A DNA stretch of 42,747 nucleotides from an uncultured Gammaproteobacteria bacterium. Its GTDB lineage: Bacteria > Patescibacteriota > Microgenomatia > UBA1406 > GWC2-37-13. The stretch is from positions 1-42,747 of the forward strand of contig CAYWJV010000002.1 in NCBI GenBank assembly GCA_964458735.1, read 5' to 3'. Numbering within the stretch: position 1 is the stretch's first letter; each line of letters begins with the position of its first letter. Position numbers and translations under genes: made by a program. The notes beneath the pieces are model-generated. The model had not been told where the DNA came from. It saw nothing but the letters and a program-made list of their open reading frames with translations, and searched no databases. Of this stretch, positions 29,101 to 38,561 are shown piece after piece.

Positions 29101-30376
29101 CAGAATTGAATTCTTTGACGGTTTTGATTGATTTGGAAGAATATATCTTTTTAAATCCTAATCGTTTTGCTTCATCAGTAATTTTTTCTTCAAGATAAGA
29201 AGAGCGAATTTCACCCAGTAGTCCAACCTCACCAACAAAAATAGAATTAGCCGGAAGAGCGATGTTTTTAAAAGAAGAGATTAAAGAGGCAATGAAGCCG
29301 AGGTCAGCCGCCGTTGATTTGATTGAGACGCCGCCAACCACATTGACAAAAACATCAAAGCGGTCAAACGGCAGATGAAGATTTTTTTTGATGACCGCTA
29401 AAAGTAATAAAACTTTGTTGTAATCAAGACCTTTAACTACTCGACGGGGATTCATTAGACTGGTGGGAACAACTAAAGTTTGAATCTCAAAAAAGAATGG
29501 CCTTTTTCCTTCGGCCACGCCAACAATGGCTTTTCCCGGCTCCAATTTTTTATCAGTCTCTAAAAATATTAAGGGATTCTTTACTTCGGTTAATCCTTTT
29601 TGTTTCATCTCAAAAATACCAATTTCATCAGTTGAGCCAAAGCGGTTTTTCGAAGCGCGCAGTAGTCTGAAGTTTGAAATTTTTTCTCCTTCTAACTCAA
29701 GAACACAGTCAACAAAATGTTCCAAAGTCTTAGGTCCGGCAACATCTCCCTCTTTATTAATATGGCCAATCAACAAAACAGATATTTTTGTTTCTTTGGC
29801 GAAATTAATAATTTTTTTAGTAACCTCTTTTAACTGGCTGACTCCGGCCACCGGACCCCCAATGTCTTTCGAATAGATGGTTTGGACAGAATCAATAATG
29901 ACAATCTCGATTTCATCTTTTATTTCCTCTAAGCTTCTAATAATGCTTTCAATTTGTAAGTCACTGGAAAAAGATAGGTTATCAAGATTGACAGAAAGTC
30001 TTTCCGCCCGGTTCTTTACCTGTTCGGCTGATTCTTCGCCGGAGATATAGAGAACTTTCAGTTTTTGAAATGCTTGAAGAACAAGGGTTGATTTTCCAAT
30101 TCCCGGCTGGCCGGTTAAAAGAATCACTTCACCGGGAACAACACCGCCACCCAAAACCCTGTCAAACTCAAAAATTCCGGTTGAGAGTCGGGATTTTGTT
30201 GAGTTTTTTATTTTAGATAAGGAAGTGATAGTGATTTTTTTGACCGATTCGCCTTTTTTATTTGGAGATTTTTCAAAATTTGGCTGTTCTTTTAAAGTAT
30301 TCCATTGACCACAGTCAGGGCATTTGCCAATCCAAGAGCCGGAACCAAAGCCGCAATTTGAACAAATATAAAACAT
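29084..30376 (-). CDS. radA: DNA repair protein RadA/Sms
   Basis: CxxC..CxxC, GQPGIGKST, KNRFG, GEVGLLGEIR. Confidence 0.97.
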   Translation of the reverse strand: MFYICSNCGFGSGSWIGKCPDCGQWNTLKEQPNFEKSPNKKGESVKKITITSLSKIKNSTKSRLSTGIFEFDRVLGGGVVPGEVILLTGQPGIGKSTLVLQAFQKLKVLYISGEESAEQVKNRAERLSVNLDNLSFSSDLQIESIIRSLEEIKDEIEIVIIDSVQTIYSKDIGGPVAGVSQLKEVTKKIINFAKETKISVLLIGHINKEGDVAGPKTLEHFVDCVLELEGEKISNFRLLRASKNRFGSTDEIGIFEMKQKGLTEVKNPLIFLETDKKLEPGKAIVGVAEGKRPFFFEIQTLVVPTSLMNPRRVVKGLDYNKVLLLLAVIKKNLHLPFDRFDVFVNVVGGVSIKSTAADLGFIASLISSFKNIALPANSIFVGEVGLLGEIRSSYLEEKITDEAKRLGFKKIYSSKSIKTVKEFNSVMGSS

Positions 30377-30379
30377 AAA

Positions 30380-30585
30380 ATTTCTAATTACTAATTATTC
30401 TAATTAACCTAAATAATAACCAAGATACAATAACCAAGAAACAAACAATAATCAATATTCAATTACCAATTAACCAAACACTGTTTCTAATATTGATTAT
30501 TGGTAATTGGTTATTGTTTGGAATACTTGGAATTTGGTTATTGGAATTTTATTAATAATTAGATTAATTAGGTTAATTAGGTCAA
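30380..30585. repeat. Intergenic imperfect inverted repeat built from degenerate heptamer units
   Basis: (A/T)AACCAA-type units on the left mirrored by TTGGT(A/T)A-type units on the right, centred near 30480. Confidence 0.75.
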
Positions 30586-30587
30586 TT

Positions 30588-32291
30588 TCACATCTTCTCC
30601 ACCGTCTTTATCCCCAACAAATACAACCCTTCCTTAATTACTTTCCTCACTGCTTGAGTTAACATTAATCGAAACCGTTTTGTTTTTTCTTCGGATTCTA
30701 AGATTTTATTTTTCTGATAAAAGTAATTATATTTTTGGGCTAATTCATAAAGGTAATTAGCAATTAAATTTGGGGCAAGCTGTATAGCAGCTTGTTGGAC
30801 AACTTCCGGGAATTGGTTAATTAATCTTAAAGCGTTTAATTCATCTCTATTTAAGTTACTTTTGACTTTTGACTTTAATTTTTGACTTTTGACTTCTAAC
30901 TTTTGACTTTTATTAAGGACAGATTGACAGCGGACATAGGTATAAATTAAATAAGGAGCAGAGTTTCCGTCAACAGCAATTGATTCGTCAATATCAAAGT
31001 AAATAATTGTTTGAGTGCCATTTTTTAAGAAAGAATATTTTGCCGAGGCAACTGCTAAAATTTCAGAAGTATCTTTATCACCTTTAAATTTTTCCAGGAT
31101 TTTTTTCTTGACTTCGTCAATCAGCCAGTTGGCTTCAATGATATTGCCTTCCCGGGAAGACATTTTACCGGCTTTTAATTTTACCCATTCATAGATCAAG
31201 TGATATTGTTTGTTCTTATATTTTTTTTCATTAATCAGCTCTTCGACTTTAAAGGTAACCTTAAAAAAACTGGTTTGTTCTGGTGTTACAACATGAATTA
31301 TTTTATCTAATTCACCAAAATCAGAGAATTCTTTTTCGGCCAAGCCCATTTCTTTACCTTCGTAAGTAGGGAATCCCAACGAATTAATAAATACTCTAGT
31401 ATCGAGTCCGTATTTTTTACCGTTAAAAACGATTGCGCCTTCACTTTTCTCTAAGATTCCTTTTTTATAAATTTGTTTAGAAATCTCTAACCCACGCTTT
31501 GTTACTTCACTTTCCAGGTAAAGCCGGTCAAAGTGACTATCAACACGCTCATAAACCTTGTCAAAATACTCTAGGCTCCACTTTTTAGTTTCCTGCCAAA
31601 GCGGCATTATTTTAGGATCCTGATCGTAGATCATTTTATTAATTTTTAATATTTGTTCCTTTGCATTCGGATTATCTTCATAAGCCTTGGTTCCTGAAGA
31701 ATACATCTTACCTAAGAATTCTATTTTTGCCTGCAAGTTATTTAATTTATGAATATCGAATTTTGAATTACGGATTCCGTGTAAACATTTGGCAATATGA
31801 AGACCAATATCTCCTTGATAATTACCCCTAATAACTTTGTTCCCAACCGCCTTCAAAATCCGAACCACCGATTCTCCCGTTGAAATATTTCTCAGATGGC
31901 CAATATGAAAGAGTTTGTGAGTATTCGGGTGGGCAAACTCAACCATGATTTTTTTATTTTTCCCAAGGTGATATTTAGGATAAGTAAAACCTTTTTCAAC
32001 AACATCTGTCAATCGATTAATCAACTGTACATTTGAGATCCAAAAATTAACAAATCCCGGCTTAACAACTTCTATTTTCTCAATCAATTCTGTTTTTGGA
32101 AAATTATCTTTTATTTCTTCGGCAATTAATAAAGGACTTTTTTTAAGTTGTTTAGTTAATTTAAGCGCAACTGATGTTGAATAATCGCCGAAATCGGAAT
32201 TGGCTGGTTTTTCCAAAGTTGGAGATACGTCTTTGACGCTAATTTTTTCCAAAACTATGGTCAAATTTTTTAATATTTCGTCTCTAATCAT
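30588..32291 (-). CDS. argS: Arginine--tRNA ligase
   Basis: FGDYS, PNTHK.FHIGHLRN, GKMSSREG, PYLIYTYVR, C-terminal EKM. Confidence 0.97.
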   Translation of the reverse strand: MIRDEILKNLTIVLEKISVKDVSPTLEKPANSDFGDYSTSVALKLTKQLKKSPLLIAEEIKDNFPKTELIEKIEVVKPGFVNFWISNVQLINRLTDVVEKGFTYPKYHLGKNKKIMVEFAHPNTHKLFHIGHLRNISTGESVVRILKAVGNKVIRGNYQGDIGLHIAKCLHGIRNSKFDIHKLNNLQAKIEFLGKMYSSGTKAYEDNPNAKEQILKINKMIYDQDPKIMPLWQETKKWSLEYFDKVYERVDSHFDRLYLESEVTKRGLEISKQIYKKGILEKSEGAIVFNGKKYGLDTRVFINSLGFPTYEGKEMGLAEKEFSDFGELDKIIHVVTPEQTSFFKVTFKVEELINEKKYKNKQYHLIYEWVKLKAGKMSSREGNIIEANWLIDEVKKKILEKFKGDKDTSEILAVASAKYSFLKNGTQTIIYFDIDESIAVDGNSAPYLIYTYVRCQSVLNKSQKLEVKSQKLKSKVKSNLNRDELNALRLINQFPEVVQQAAIQLAPNLIANYLYELAQKYNYFYQKNKILESEEKTKRFRLMLTQAVRKVIKEGLYLLGIKTVEKM

Positions 32292-32295
32292 TGGA

Positions 32296-33041
32296 TTATA
32301 TGATAGCAGAATTTAACTCTATTTGGTTATTTAATAGAAAAATCAATAAAGACTTTTGGGCGTGAGGGCGATTTTCGGCTTGATGAAAAATAATTGATTG
32401 TTTTCCGTCAATGACTTCTGAACTAACTTCATGGTTGCGGTAGGCCGGCATGTCATGCATAAAGATAACATCTTTTTTAGCAAGATTCATGAGTTTGTTT
32501 GTTACTTGATAGGGAGGAAAAATTTTTAATCGTTTTTGTTTTTCTTCTTCATCTCCCATACTAATCCAGGTATCGGTATAAATAACATCAGCATTGTCAG
32601 CCGCCTTTTTTGGATCATCAGTTTCAATAATTTGACAGCCGTTTTTCTTAGCCGATTTTTTTGCTGTTTCCGCAATATCTTTTTTTATCCAATAACCCTT
32701 AGGGGAAGCAGTGGTAAAATTCATTCCTAAAATACCTGAAGCTAAAGCTAATGAATGGGGAATATTATTTTCACTGTCACCAAAGTAAGCAATTTTTAAC
32801 CCGTGAAATTTTTTTTACATTCATAAATTGCGTGTCCACCAAGCTGAGTCATGCCGGTTTCAAATGAAACTCGAGTTCGAAGAGAAGGTTTTTCAAAAAT
32901 CATCGTTAAAGTTTTATTTTTTAGATATGACATGTTTGTTCCATTATTTATAAGTTCTTCCTTTAACGTGATTGCTATCTCAATCAAGTAAATAATTTCT
33001 TCTTTTGATAAATCGGTAATTGATAGAAAATCTTTTTTCAT
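32296..33041 (-). pseudogene. argF: Ornithine carbamoyltransferase, disrupted by a frameshift and an internal deletion
   Basis: 5' part has [19 protein letters not shown]; 3' part in another frame has [30 protein letters not shown]; no HPxQ segment. Confidence 0.88.
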
Positions 33042-34102
33042 AAATAATCTAAAAATTGTTTAATAATTTTTTTTAATTGGATTAAAGTTTTTATTTCAAT
33101 CTGCTCATCAGTTGTATGTGGGTTAATAATTCCGTCGCCAAGATTAATAGTTTCTATTCCTTTCTCATTTAAAATATTAGCATCACTAACACCAAAGGAA
33201 TTATAGAATTTAGTCTTTATTTTAAGATGAATAAATACACTGTTGATATCTTTAGCAAATTTACTAGATAGACTATGTTTATATCCAGGACAAAAACCAT
33301 CAGTTTTAAAGATTAATTTTGTTTGATATTTTTTTGATTCGTTGTAAAAAACATCCTCTATTTTTTTTAGTTTGTTTTCGAATTGAACTTTATTATAACT
33401 TCGTAATTCTCCGGAAAGAACTATTTTATTTGGGACAACGTTTATTCCCGATCCACCGTTAATAAAACCAATGTTAATTTTTGTATTTTTATCAGTTTTT
33501 CCAATAATCAATTTATTTAAGGATTTAATAGCAGGTAGTAAAGCATTTTTTCCTTTTTCTGATGTTGATGCATGGGTTGATTGACCAATAAATTCAGCAC
33601 TAAAATTAATAATGTAAGGCGAACTAAGAATAATACTCCCTAATGGCTTTGCGCAATCAAAGACTAACCCTTTTTTTGATTTAAGCCATTTAAAATGGAA
33701 GTATTCAATTCCTCCTCCGATTTCTTCTTTAACGGTAAAAAGCAGTTCGAATGACTTTTGGCTACTATTACTTTTTAAATGTTCTTCAACCGCACTTAAT
33801 AATGAAGCTAAAGCAACTTTATTGTCAGCGCCTAAAATAGTATCACCTGCACTTTTAATTCCTCCATTTTTTATAACCGGTTTTATTCCTTCCCCGGGTT
33901 GAACCGTATCCGTGTGAACACAAAAAAGTACCGGCTTTCCTTTTCCCTGATTTTTTACCAAAACATTACCGAGTTTATCAATTTGATAAGATAAATTTTG
34001 TTTTTTTGCCCAGTCGGTTATAAATAAAATCATATTCTTTTCCTTCCCTGAAGGGCTATCGATTTGTACCAGTTTTAAAAATAGATCAGCAACTTTATTC
34101 AT
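33038..34102 (-). CDS. M20-family metallopeptidase/deacylase (PepT-like; possible ArgE role)
   Basis: HTDTV, LGADNK, KEEIG, SDAN, PHTTDE. Confidence 0.85.
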   Translation of the reverse strand: MNKVADLFLKLVQIDSPSGKEKNMILFITDWAKKQNLSYQIDKLGNVLVKNQGKGKPVLFCVHTDTVQPGEGIKPVIKNGGIKSAGDTILGADNKVALASLLSAVEEHLKSNSSQKSFELLFTVKEEIGGGIEYFHFKWLKSKKGLVFDCAKPLGSIILSSPYIINFSAEFIGQSTHASTSEKGKNALLPAIKSLNKLIIGKTDKNTKINIGFINGGSGINVVPNKIVLSGELRSYNKVQFENKLKKIEDVFYNESKKYQTKLIFKTDGFCPGYKHSLSSKFAKDINSVFIHLKIKTKFYNSFGVSDANILNEKGIETINLGDGIINPHTTDEQIEIKTLIQLKKIIKQFLDYL

Positions 34103-34104
34103 GA

Positions 34105-35598
34105 TTAATTATCTTCAATAAAACTTTTAACTTCCTGATAAAGATTTTTTTCCGTCTGAGAAAATTTTCTCTTTGTTTTCTTAACCCATTCGTATAGTTG
34201 ATTAACTTCTTTTTTAAGTAAGTTATTCACTTGAAAAACAAAGTATGGTTTAGGGGATCCTTGATAGTTATATTGATTTAGAGCATTCTCAACATTCAAA
34301 ATCTCATTAATTAATTTTTGATTAATCACGAAACTTTTATTGACTGTTTCTTTAATAGCTGTTTCAATTATTATGTTATTGATCTTAGTTAAATCTCCTT
34401 TCACTAAACCAACTATTTTCCCAACGACTTTATGACTAAGTCGAAATGGAATTTGATATTCTTCAACTAATTTATCAGCCAGTTTTGTTGGCAAGGATGA
34501 AATAGTCGCTTTTTTCATCGTTTCCGGATTAGGAATAATTTTATCCAACATATCACAGGTTATAGAAACAGTGCTGAGACTTTCTTCAAGCGAATCGATA
34601 ATGGCGATCTTACTTTCCGCACTATCTCGGTTATATCCAGACGGGATTCCTTTCATGGCCACAAGAACGTGATTTAAATTTCCAATCAGTTTTGCACTTT
34701 TACTTTTTACTTTTTCAGCAATGTCAGGATTCATTTTTTGCGGCATGATTGAACTGCCGGTGGTGAATTCCTCTGAAATAGTAATAAAATTAAGCTCAGG
34801 CATACTCCAAATAATCAGGTCTTCCATCATTCTTGATAAAATGGTTAAAAACACTGTTAAATTACTAATTATTAAAGCGTCTTCAATTCCTCGGGCGTTA
34901 ATGGCGCTTAAGGCATTATTTAATGGTTTAGAAAAACCGAGTTTTTTTGCCGTAAACGCCGGATCAATTTTCCAGTTAACTCCATAAGAAGCACCAGCTC
35001 CTAATGGAGATTTATCAGTGATTTGATAAACGGCTTTGAGAGCCAAATGCAAATCAATTATTTGACCAAGATATGCTTGCCACCAAAAACCAAAAGTTGA
35101 CGGCATGGCTGAACGTAAATGAGTAAACCCGGGCATAATCACCTCTTTATTTTGTTCAGCCTTTTTCAGTAGAATTAGTTCTAACTGACTTAACTTTTCA
35201 AAAATATCCAGCAAATATTTCTTTGTAAACAGTTTTTGATCAACCACTGATTGATCATTTCGACTTCGGCCAATATGAAACCAGCCGGCATCATCCCCAA
35301 GAGTTTTTGTTAATTGATTCTCAATGTTTTCATGAACATCTCCGATTAAAGGGTCGACCAATTGTTGTGTTTTAGCTTTTTCTACTAACTTTAGTAATTC
35401 TTTCAAAATCTTTTTGGAGATTTTTTTAGGAACAATTTCTTGTTTAGTAATCATCAGATTATGGGCAATAGTTTCCCATAGATAATAAGGGGCTAACTTA
35501 TTTTCAAGCACCGTCATCGTCGGGTCCATAATAAACTGATCGGTTTTTTTGGAGGGTCCTTTTGTATAAATCCCTCCGTAAATCTTAGAGTTTTTCAT
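34105..35598 (-). CDS. argH: Argininosuccinate lyase
   Basis: DVHE.IE, GRSRNDQ, MPGFTHL, TGSSIMPQKMNPD, GYNRD. Confidence 0.95.
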   Translation of the reverse strand: MKNSKIYGGIYTKGPSKKTDQFIMDPTMTVLENKLAPYYLWETIAHNLMITKQEIVPKKISKKILKELLKLVEKAKTQQLVDPLIGDVHENIENQLTKTLGDDAGWFHIGRSRNDQSVVDQKLFTKKYLLDIFEKLSQLELILLKKAEQNKEVIMPGFTHLRSAMPSTFGFWWQAYLGQIIDLHLALKAVYQITDKSPLGAGASYGVNWKIDPAFTAKKLGFSKPLNNALSAINARGIEDALIISNLTVFLTILSRMMEDLIIWSMPELNFITISEEFTTGSSIMPQKMNPDIAEKVKSKSAKLIGNLNHVLVAMKGIPSGYNRDSAESKIAIIDSLEESLSTVSITCDMLDKIIPNPETMKKATISSLPTKLADKLVEEYQIPFRLSHKVVGKIVGLVKGDLTKINNIIIETAIKETVNKSFVINQKLINEILNVENALNQYNYQGSPKPYFVFQVNNLLKKEVNQLYEWVKKTKRKFSQTEKNLYQEVKSFIEDN

Positions 35599-35607
35599 AT
35601 GATTAAA

Positions 35608-36138
35608 TTAATAATTAATAACAGTCATATCCAAAATAACTACTTTTGCTTGACCTTCTTCTAAAAGAATTTTCACATTTTTTGGTTTTATAATTTCAAT
35701 TGCCCCAAGATGTTTTAAAACTTTGATTGCTTTTTTACTGTTAAGATCGCAAACAGCAATTAATTGTGCATTCGGATCTTTTTCTTTCAAAGATTTGACA
35801 GCTAATTTGGTCAAATAGTGGCCATACCCTTTATGTTGAAACTCTTTATTAATTATCCAGCTACCAAACTCATATACTTTTTGACCATATTCATTTTTTC
35901 CAGCCCAAAGTTTATTTTTACCAAATCCTATCAATTGGTCTGTTTTTTTTTCGAGTAATACAACCGCGTTCCCCGGATCAAAAAATTTAGTTATCAGTTC
36001 GTCAGGCTTAAATTGCAACATAGTCTGCTTGTGTTTCTCTAATAATGCTGTAACTTTACCAGCAATTATTTTTTTAACACCTTTTGACAATTTGGCAACG
36101 TTTTTTCCTGTTATTGAGATTTCTCCATTTAATTTCAT
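35608..36138 (-). CDS. GNAT acetyltransferase (possible ArgA-like role)
   Basis: EFGSWII..EFQHKGYG acetyl-CoA motif A; lies between argG and argH. Confidence 0.75.
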   Translation of the reverse strand: MKLNGEISITGKNVAKLSKGVKKIIAGKVTALLEKHKQTMLQFKPDELITKFFDPGNAVVLLEKKTDQLIGFGKNKLWAGKNEYGQKVYEFGSWIINKEFQHKGYGHYLTKLAVKSLKEKDPNAQLIAVCDLNSKKAIKVLKHLGAIEIIKPKNVKILLEEGQAKVVILDMTVINY

Positions 36139-37349
36139 ATATTTTTATCTCCTTTTTTATTTATTTTTGAAGCTATAACAGACTGCAATCCGTAAAGCTT
36201 GATAAACCCATTGACTTCCTCTTTTGTCCAACTCTTACTCTGGGAATACATAGCAATTTTTGGATCGATCAATGAATATTTAGACTTTACCGAAACGGGC
36301 AATGCATTACCATGTTCTAATTTCATTAGCACTTTTCCGGTAACGTTTTTTTGGTGTACTTTAATAAAAGCTTTAAGGGCGTCAACGTGACTGTCATAGA
36401 ACTTACCGTTGTAAATATATTCGGTTATTTCCTTAGAAACTAAATCGCCGAAACATATTTGTGGTTTTGATAAAACATATTGTTCGACAGCTTGATGAGC
36501 TTTTATTAGAAACAAGATTCCTGGAGCTTCAAAGGCAATATGACCTTTAATTCCAATCATACAGTCACCCGTGTAATAATTTTTGCCGAATCCGTATTTA
36601 CCAACCTCATGATTCAAATAATCTAAAATCTGCCAACTTTCGGTTTTTTTGCCATTTAATTTTATTGGAACTCCTTTTTTAAATTCAATTTCAAAATAAC
36701 CATTTTTATTGATAAGTTTACCGGTTACCCAATGAAAAATATTTTTATCTGCTTCTAGATTATTATTTATTTCGCTTCCGGAATAAGTTACACCCATCAA
36801 ATTAATATTGATAGAATATTTTTTATGACTTTTATCAACAGAAAACCCTTTTTTATCGAGATACTTTTTTTCTTTCTCACGATCGCCACCAATATCTTTA
36901 ATAGGTTCAATAAGTTGAATTTCCGGTGCTAATATTTTTAGTGGGATATTAAATCTAATTTGGTCATTACCCATGCCGCTATTACCATTAGCAATATATT
37001 CGGCACTTTCCTTTTTGGCGATCTCTATGCATTTTTCGACAATATTATATCTTTGGGAAGAGACGATATTTGGATAAGACCCCTCATATAATCCGTTAGT
37101 TTGTATAATCCATTGTATGACTGAGTCAAAATAATACTTTTTAGCATCAATAAGATAATGTTTTATGGCTCCTAATTGTTTTGATTTTTCAGCGATTTCA
37201 TTTTTTTCTTTATTTGAAAAGCCTCCAGAATCAACTGTCACAGTTATTACCTGAAAACTTTTTTCAATTAAGTAAGGCACGCAAAAAGAGGTATCCAGAC
37301 CCCCGGAAAAAGCGAGAACGACCTTTTTGTTTTTATTTTGTTTTTTCAT
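36135..37349 (-). CDS. argG: Argininosuccinate synthase
   Basis: VVLAFSGGLDTS, GNDQIRF, YSININL.G..SG, GIKG..FEAPG, GFIKLYGL. Confidence 0.96.
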   Translation of the reverse strand: MKKQNKNKKVVLAFSGGLDTSFCVPYLIEKSFQVITVTVDSGGFSNKEKNEIAEKSKQLGAIKHYLIDAKKYYFDSVIQWIIQTNGLYEGSYPNIVSSQRYNIVEKCIEIAKKESAEYIANGNSGMGNDQIRFNIPLKILAPEIQLIEPIKDIGGDREKEKKYLDKKGFSVDKSHKKYSININLMGVTYSGSEINNNLEADKNIFHWVTGKLINKNGYFEIEFKKGVPIKLNGKKTESWQILDYLNHEVGKYGFGKNYYTGDCMIGIKGHIAFEAPGILFLIKAHQAVEQYVLSKPQICFGDLVSKEITEYIYNGKFYDSHVDALKAFIKVHQKNVTGKVLMKLEHGNALPVSVKSKYSLIDPKIAMYSQSKSWTKEEVNGFIKLYGLQSVIASKINKKGDKNI

Positions 37350-37375
37350 ATTTTTTTAAATTTATAATTTTTAAT

Positions 37376-37403
37376 AAAAAACCCCGCTTATTATTAAGCG
37401 GGG
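37376..37403 (-). terminator. Second intrinsic terminator in the argG leader
   Basis: 9-bp stem CCCCGCTTA/TAAGCGGGG followed by U6 on the minus strand. Confidence 0.85.
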
Positions 37404-37424
37404 AAATTTGTAATATTCTTGACC

Positions 37425-37455
37425 AAAAAAAATCCCCGGAGTTCTTTATCCGGGG
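37425..37455 (-). terminator. First intrinsic terminator (attenuator 3:4) in the argG leader
   Basis: 7-bp stem CCCCGGA/TCCGGGG followed by A then U8 on the minus strand. Confidence 0.85.
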
Positions 37456-37475
37456 TTGGTAATTAATTTTACTCT

Positions 37476-37550
37476 TTAGGCCATAAAAATACTACCCTCC
37501 CCAAAGAGTCGCCTTGAAGACGAATTATTTGGAATCAATGGTATTTTCAT
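37476..37550 (-). CDS. Putative 24-aa arginine leader peptide MKIPLIPNNSSSRRLFGEGSIFMA
   Basis: Manual translation; tandem Arg codons AGG CGA; TGnTATAAT 8 nt upstream of the ATG; terminators follow. Confidence 0.7.
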   Translation of the reverse strand: MKIPLIPNNSSSRRLFGEGSIFMA

Positions 37551-37605
37551 ATCTCTCTATTATAACACAACTTTTAGAAAGTAAAGTAGTAAAATAAAAA
37601 GTTAT

Positions 37606-38475
37606 ATGTGGTTTTGGTATGCAATCGGATCGGCATTCGTTTCGGCGATCTCAATAATTCTTAATAAAAAAGCATTGAAAAATATCAATGCTTCGTTGGT
37701 ATCTTGGTCATTATTTGCTTTTTCAATTCCCATTTTAGCCTACCCGGCTCTTAAAGACGGCTGGCCAAAATTAAACGCAATTTTTTGGATAGCAATCACT
37801 GCTTCGGTAGTTAGTTTTGCTTATGCCAAGACTTTAACTTTAAAATCTTTAAAAGGTAGCTTAATGTCCGAGATTGTCCCTTTAGCTTTTTTTATGGTTT
37901 TATTTAACTATCTTTTTGGTTTAATTTTTCTTTCGGAAAGTCTTAGATTAATTCCAATAATTGGTTTAATCTTTATAATTGCTGGAGGATATTTCCTTAA
38001 AGTTGAAGAAGCTAAAGAAGATATTCTTAAACCGTTTAAATTATTATTGACAAACAAAGGGTCTCGAGCTTATTTATTGGCAATGATAATTATGCCTTTA
38101 ACATCGATCTTTGATAAATATGGGTTAAAGAATATTCAACCAGTCAATCAGTCTTTCCTGTTGTTATTGGAAAATTTTATAACGACGGTATTAATTGGAT
38201 TTTACATGACAAAAAATGACCATAATTGGGTAAAAAATTTGAAAGTTAATTTTAAAACATTGTTCATTAACGGATTAGTTTACGCTGGTGTAGCGCTATT
38301 ATTTTTATATGGAATTACAACCGGAGCGGTAGCCTTAGTTTCCGGAGTTAAGAAATTAGAAGTATTCTTTGTTTTGATTTTTGGTTGGCTGTTATTTGGA
38401 GATAAACCAAAAAGAGGTGTCTGGATTGGTAGCTTAATAATGCTTGTTGGCGTTACCCTAATTAAGTTAGGTTAA
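37606..38475 (+). CDS. EamA/DMT-family transporter
   Basis: About 10 TM helices in two repeats; FLSE, LFGDK motifs. Confidence 0.88.
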   Translation: MWFWYAIGSAFVSAISIILNKKALKNINASLVSWSLFAFSIPILAYPALKDGWPKLNAIFWIAITASVVSFAYAKTLTLKSLKGSLMSEIVPLAFFMVLFNYLFGLIFLSESLRLIPIIGLIFIIAGGYFLKVEEAKEDILKPFKLLLTNKGSRAYLLAMIIMPLTSIFDKYGLKNIQPVNQSFLLLLENFITTVLIGFYMTKNDHNWVKNLKVNFKTLFINGLVYAGVALLFLYGITTGAVALVSGVKKLEVFFVLIFGWLLFGDKPKRGVWIGSLIMLVGVTLIKLG

Positions 38476-38506
38476 ATACTTCGATGTATCGATACATCGA
38501 AGTATT
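38475..38506. repeat. 32-bp perfect palindrome AATACTTCGATGTATCGATACATCGAAGTATT
   Basis: Read directly, immediately after the EamA stop codon. Confidence 0.9.
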
Positions 38507-38561
38507 GTCATAAACAAGAATGAGTATTGAATTGTTGTTCAATCTCTCCTAAAATAAGACT

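Noticed and set aside
32809-32816. Programmed frameshift or phase variation restoring argF
   Set aside because: The reframed product would still lack the HPxQ catalytic segment
37181-37462. 93-aa plus-strand ORF
   Set aside because: Antisense to the argG start and the terminator hairpins; no protein-like features
37350-37605. T-box riboswitch upstream of argG
   Set aside because: No T-box consensus (GGTGGNACCGCG-like) seen on the minus strand; the leader-peptide model fits better
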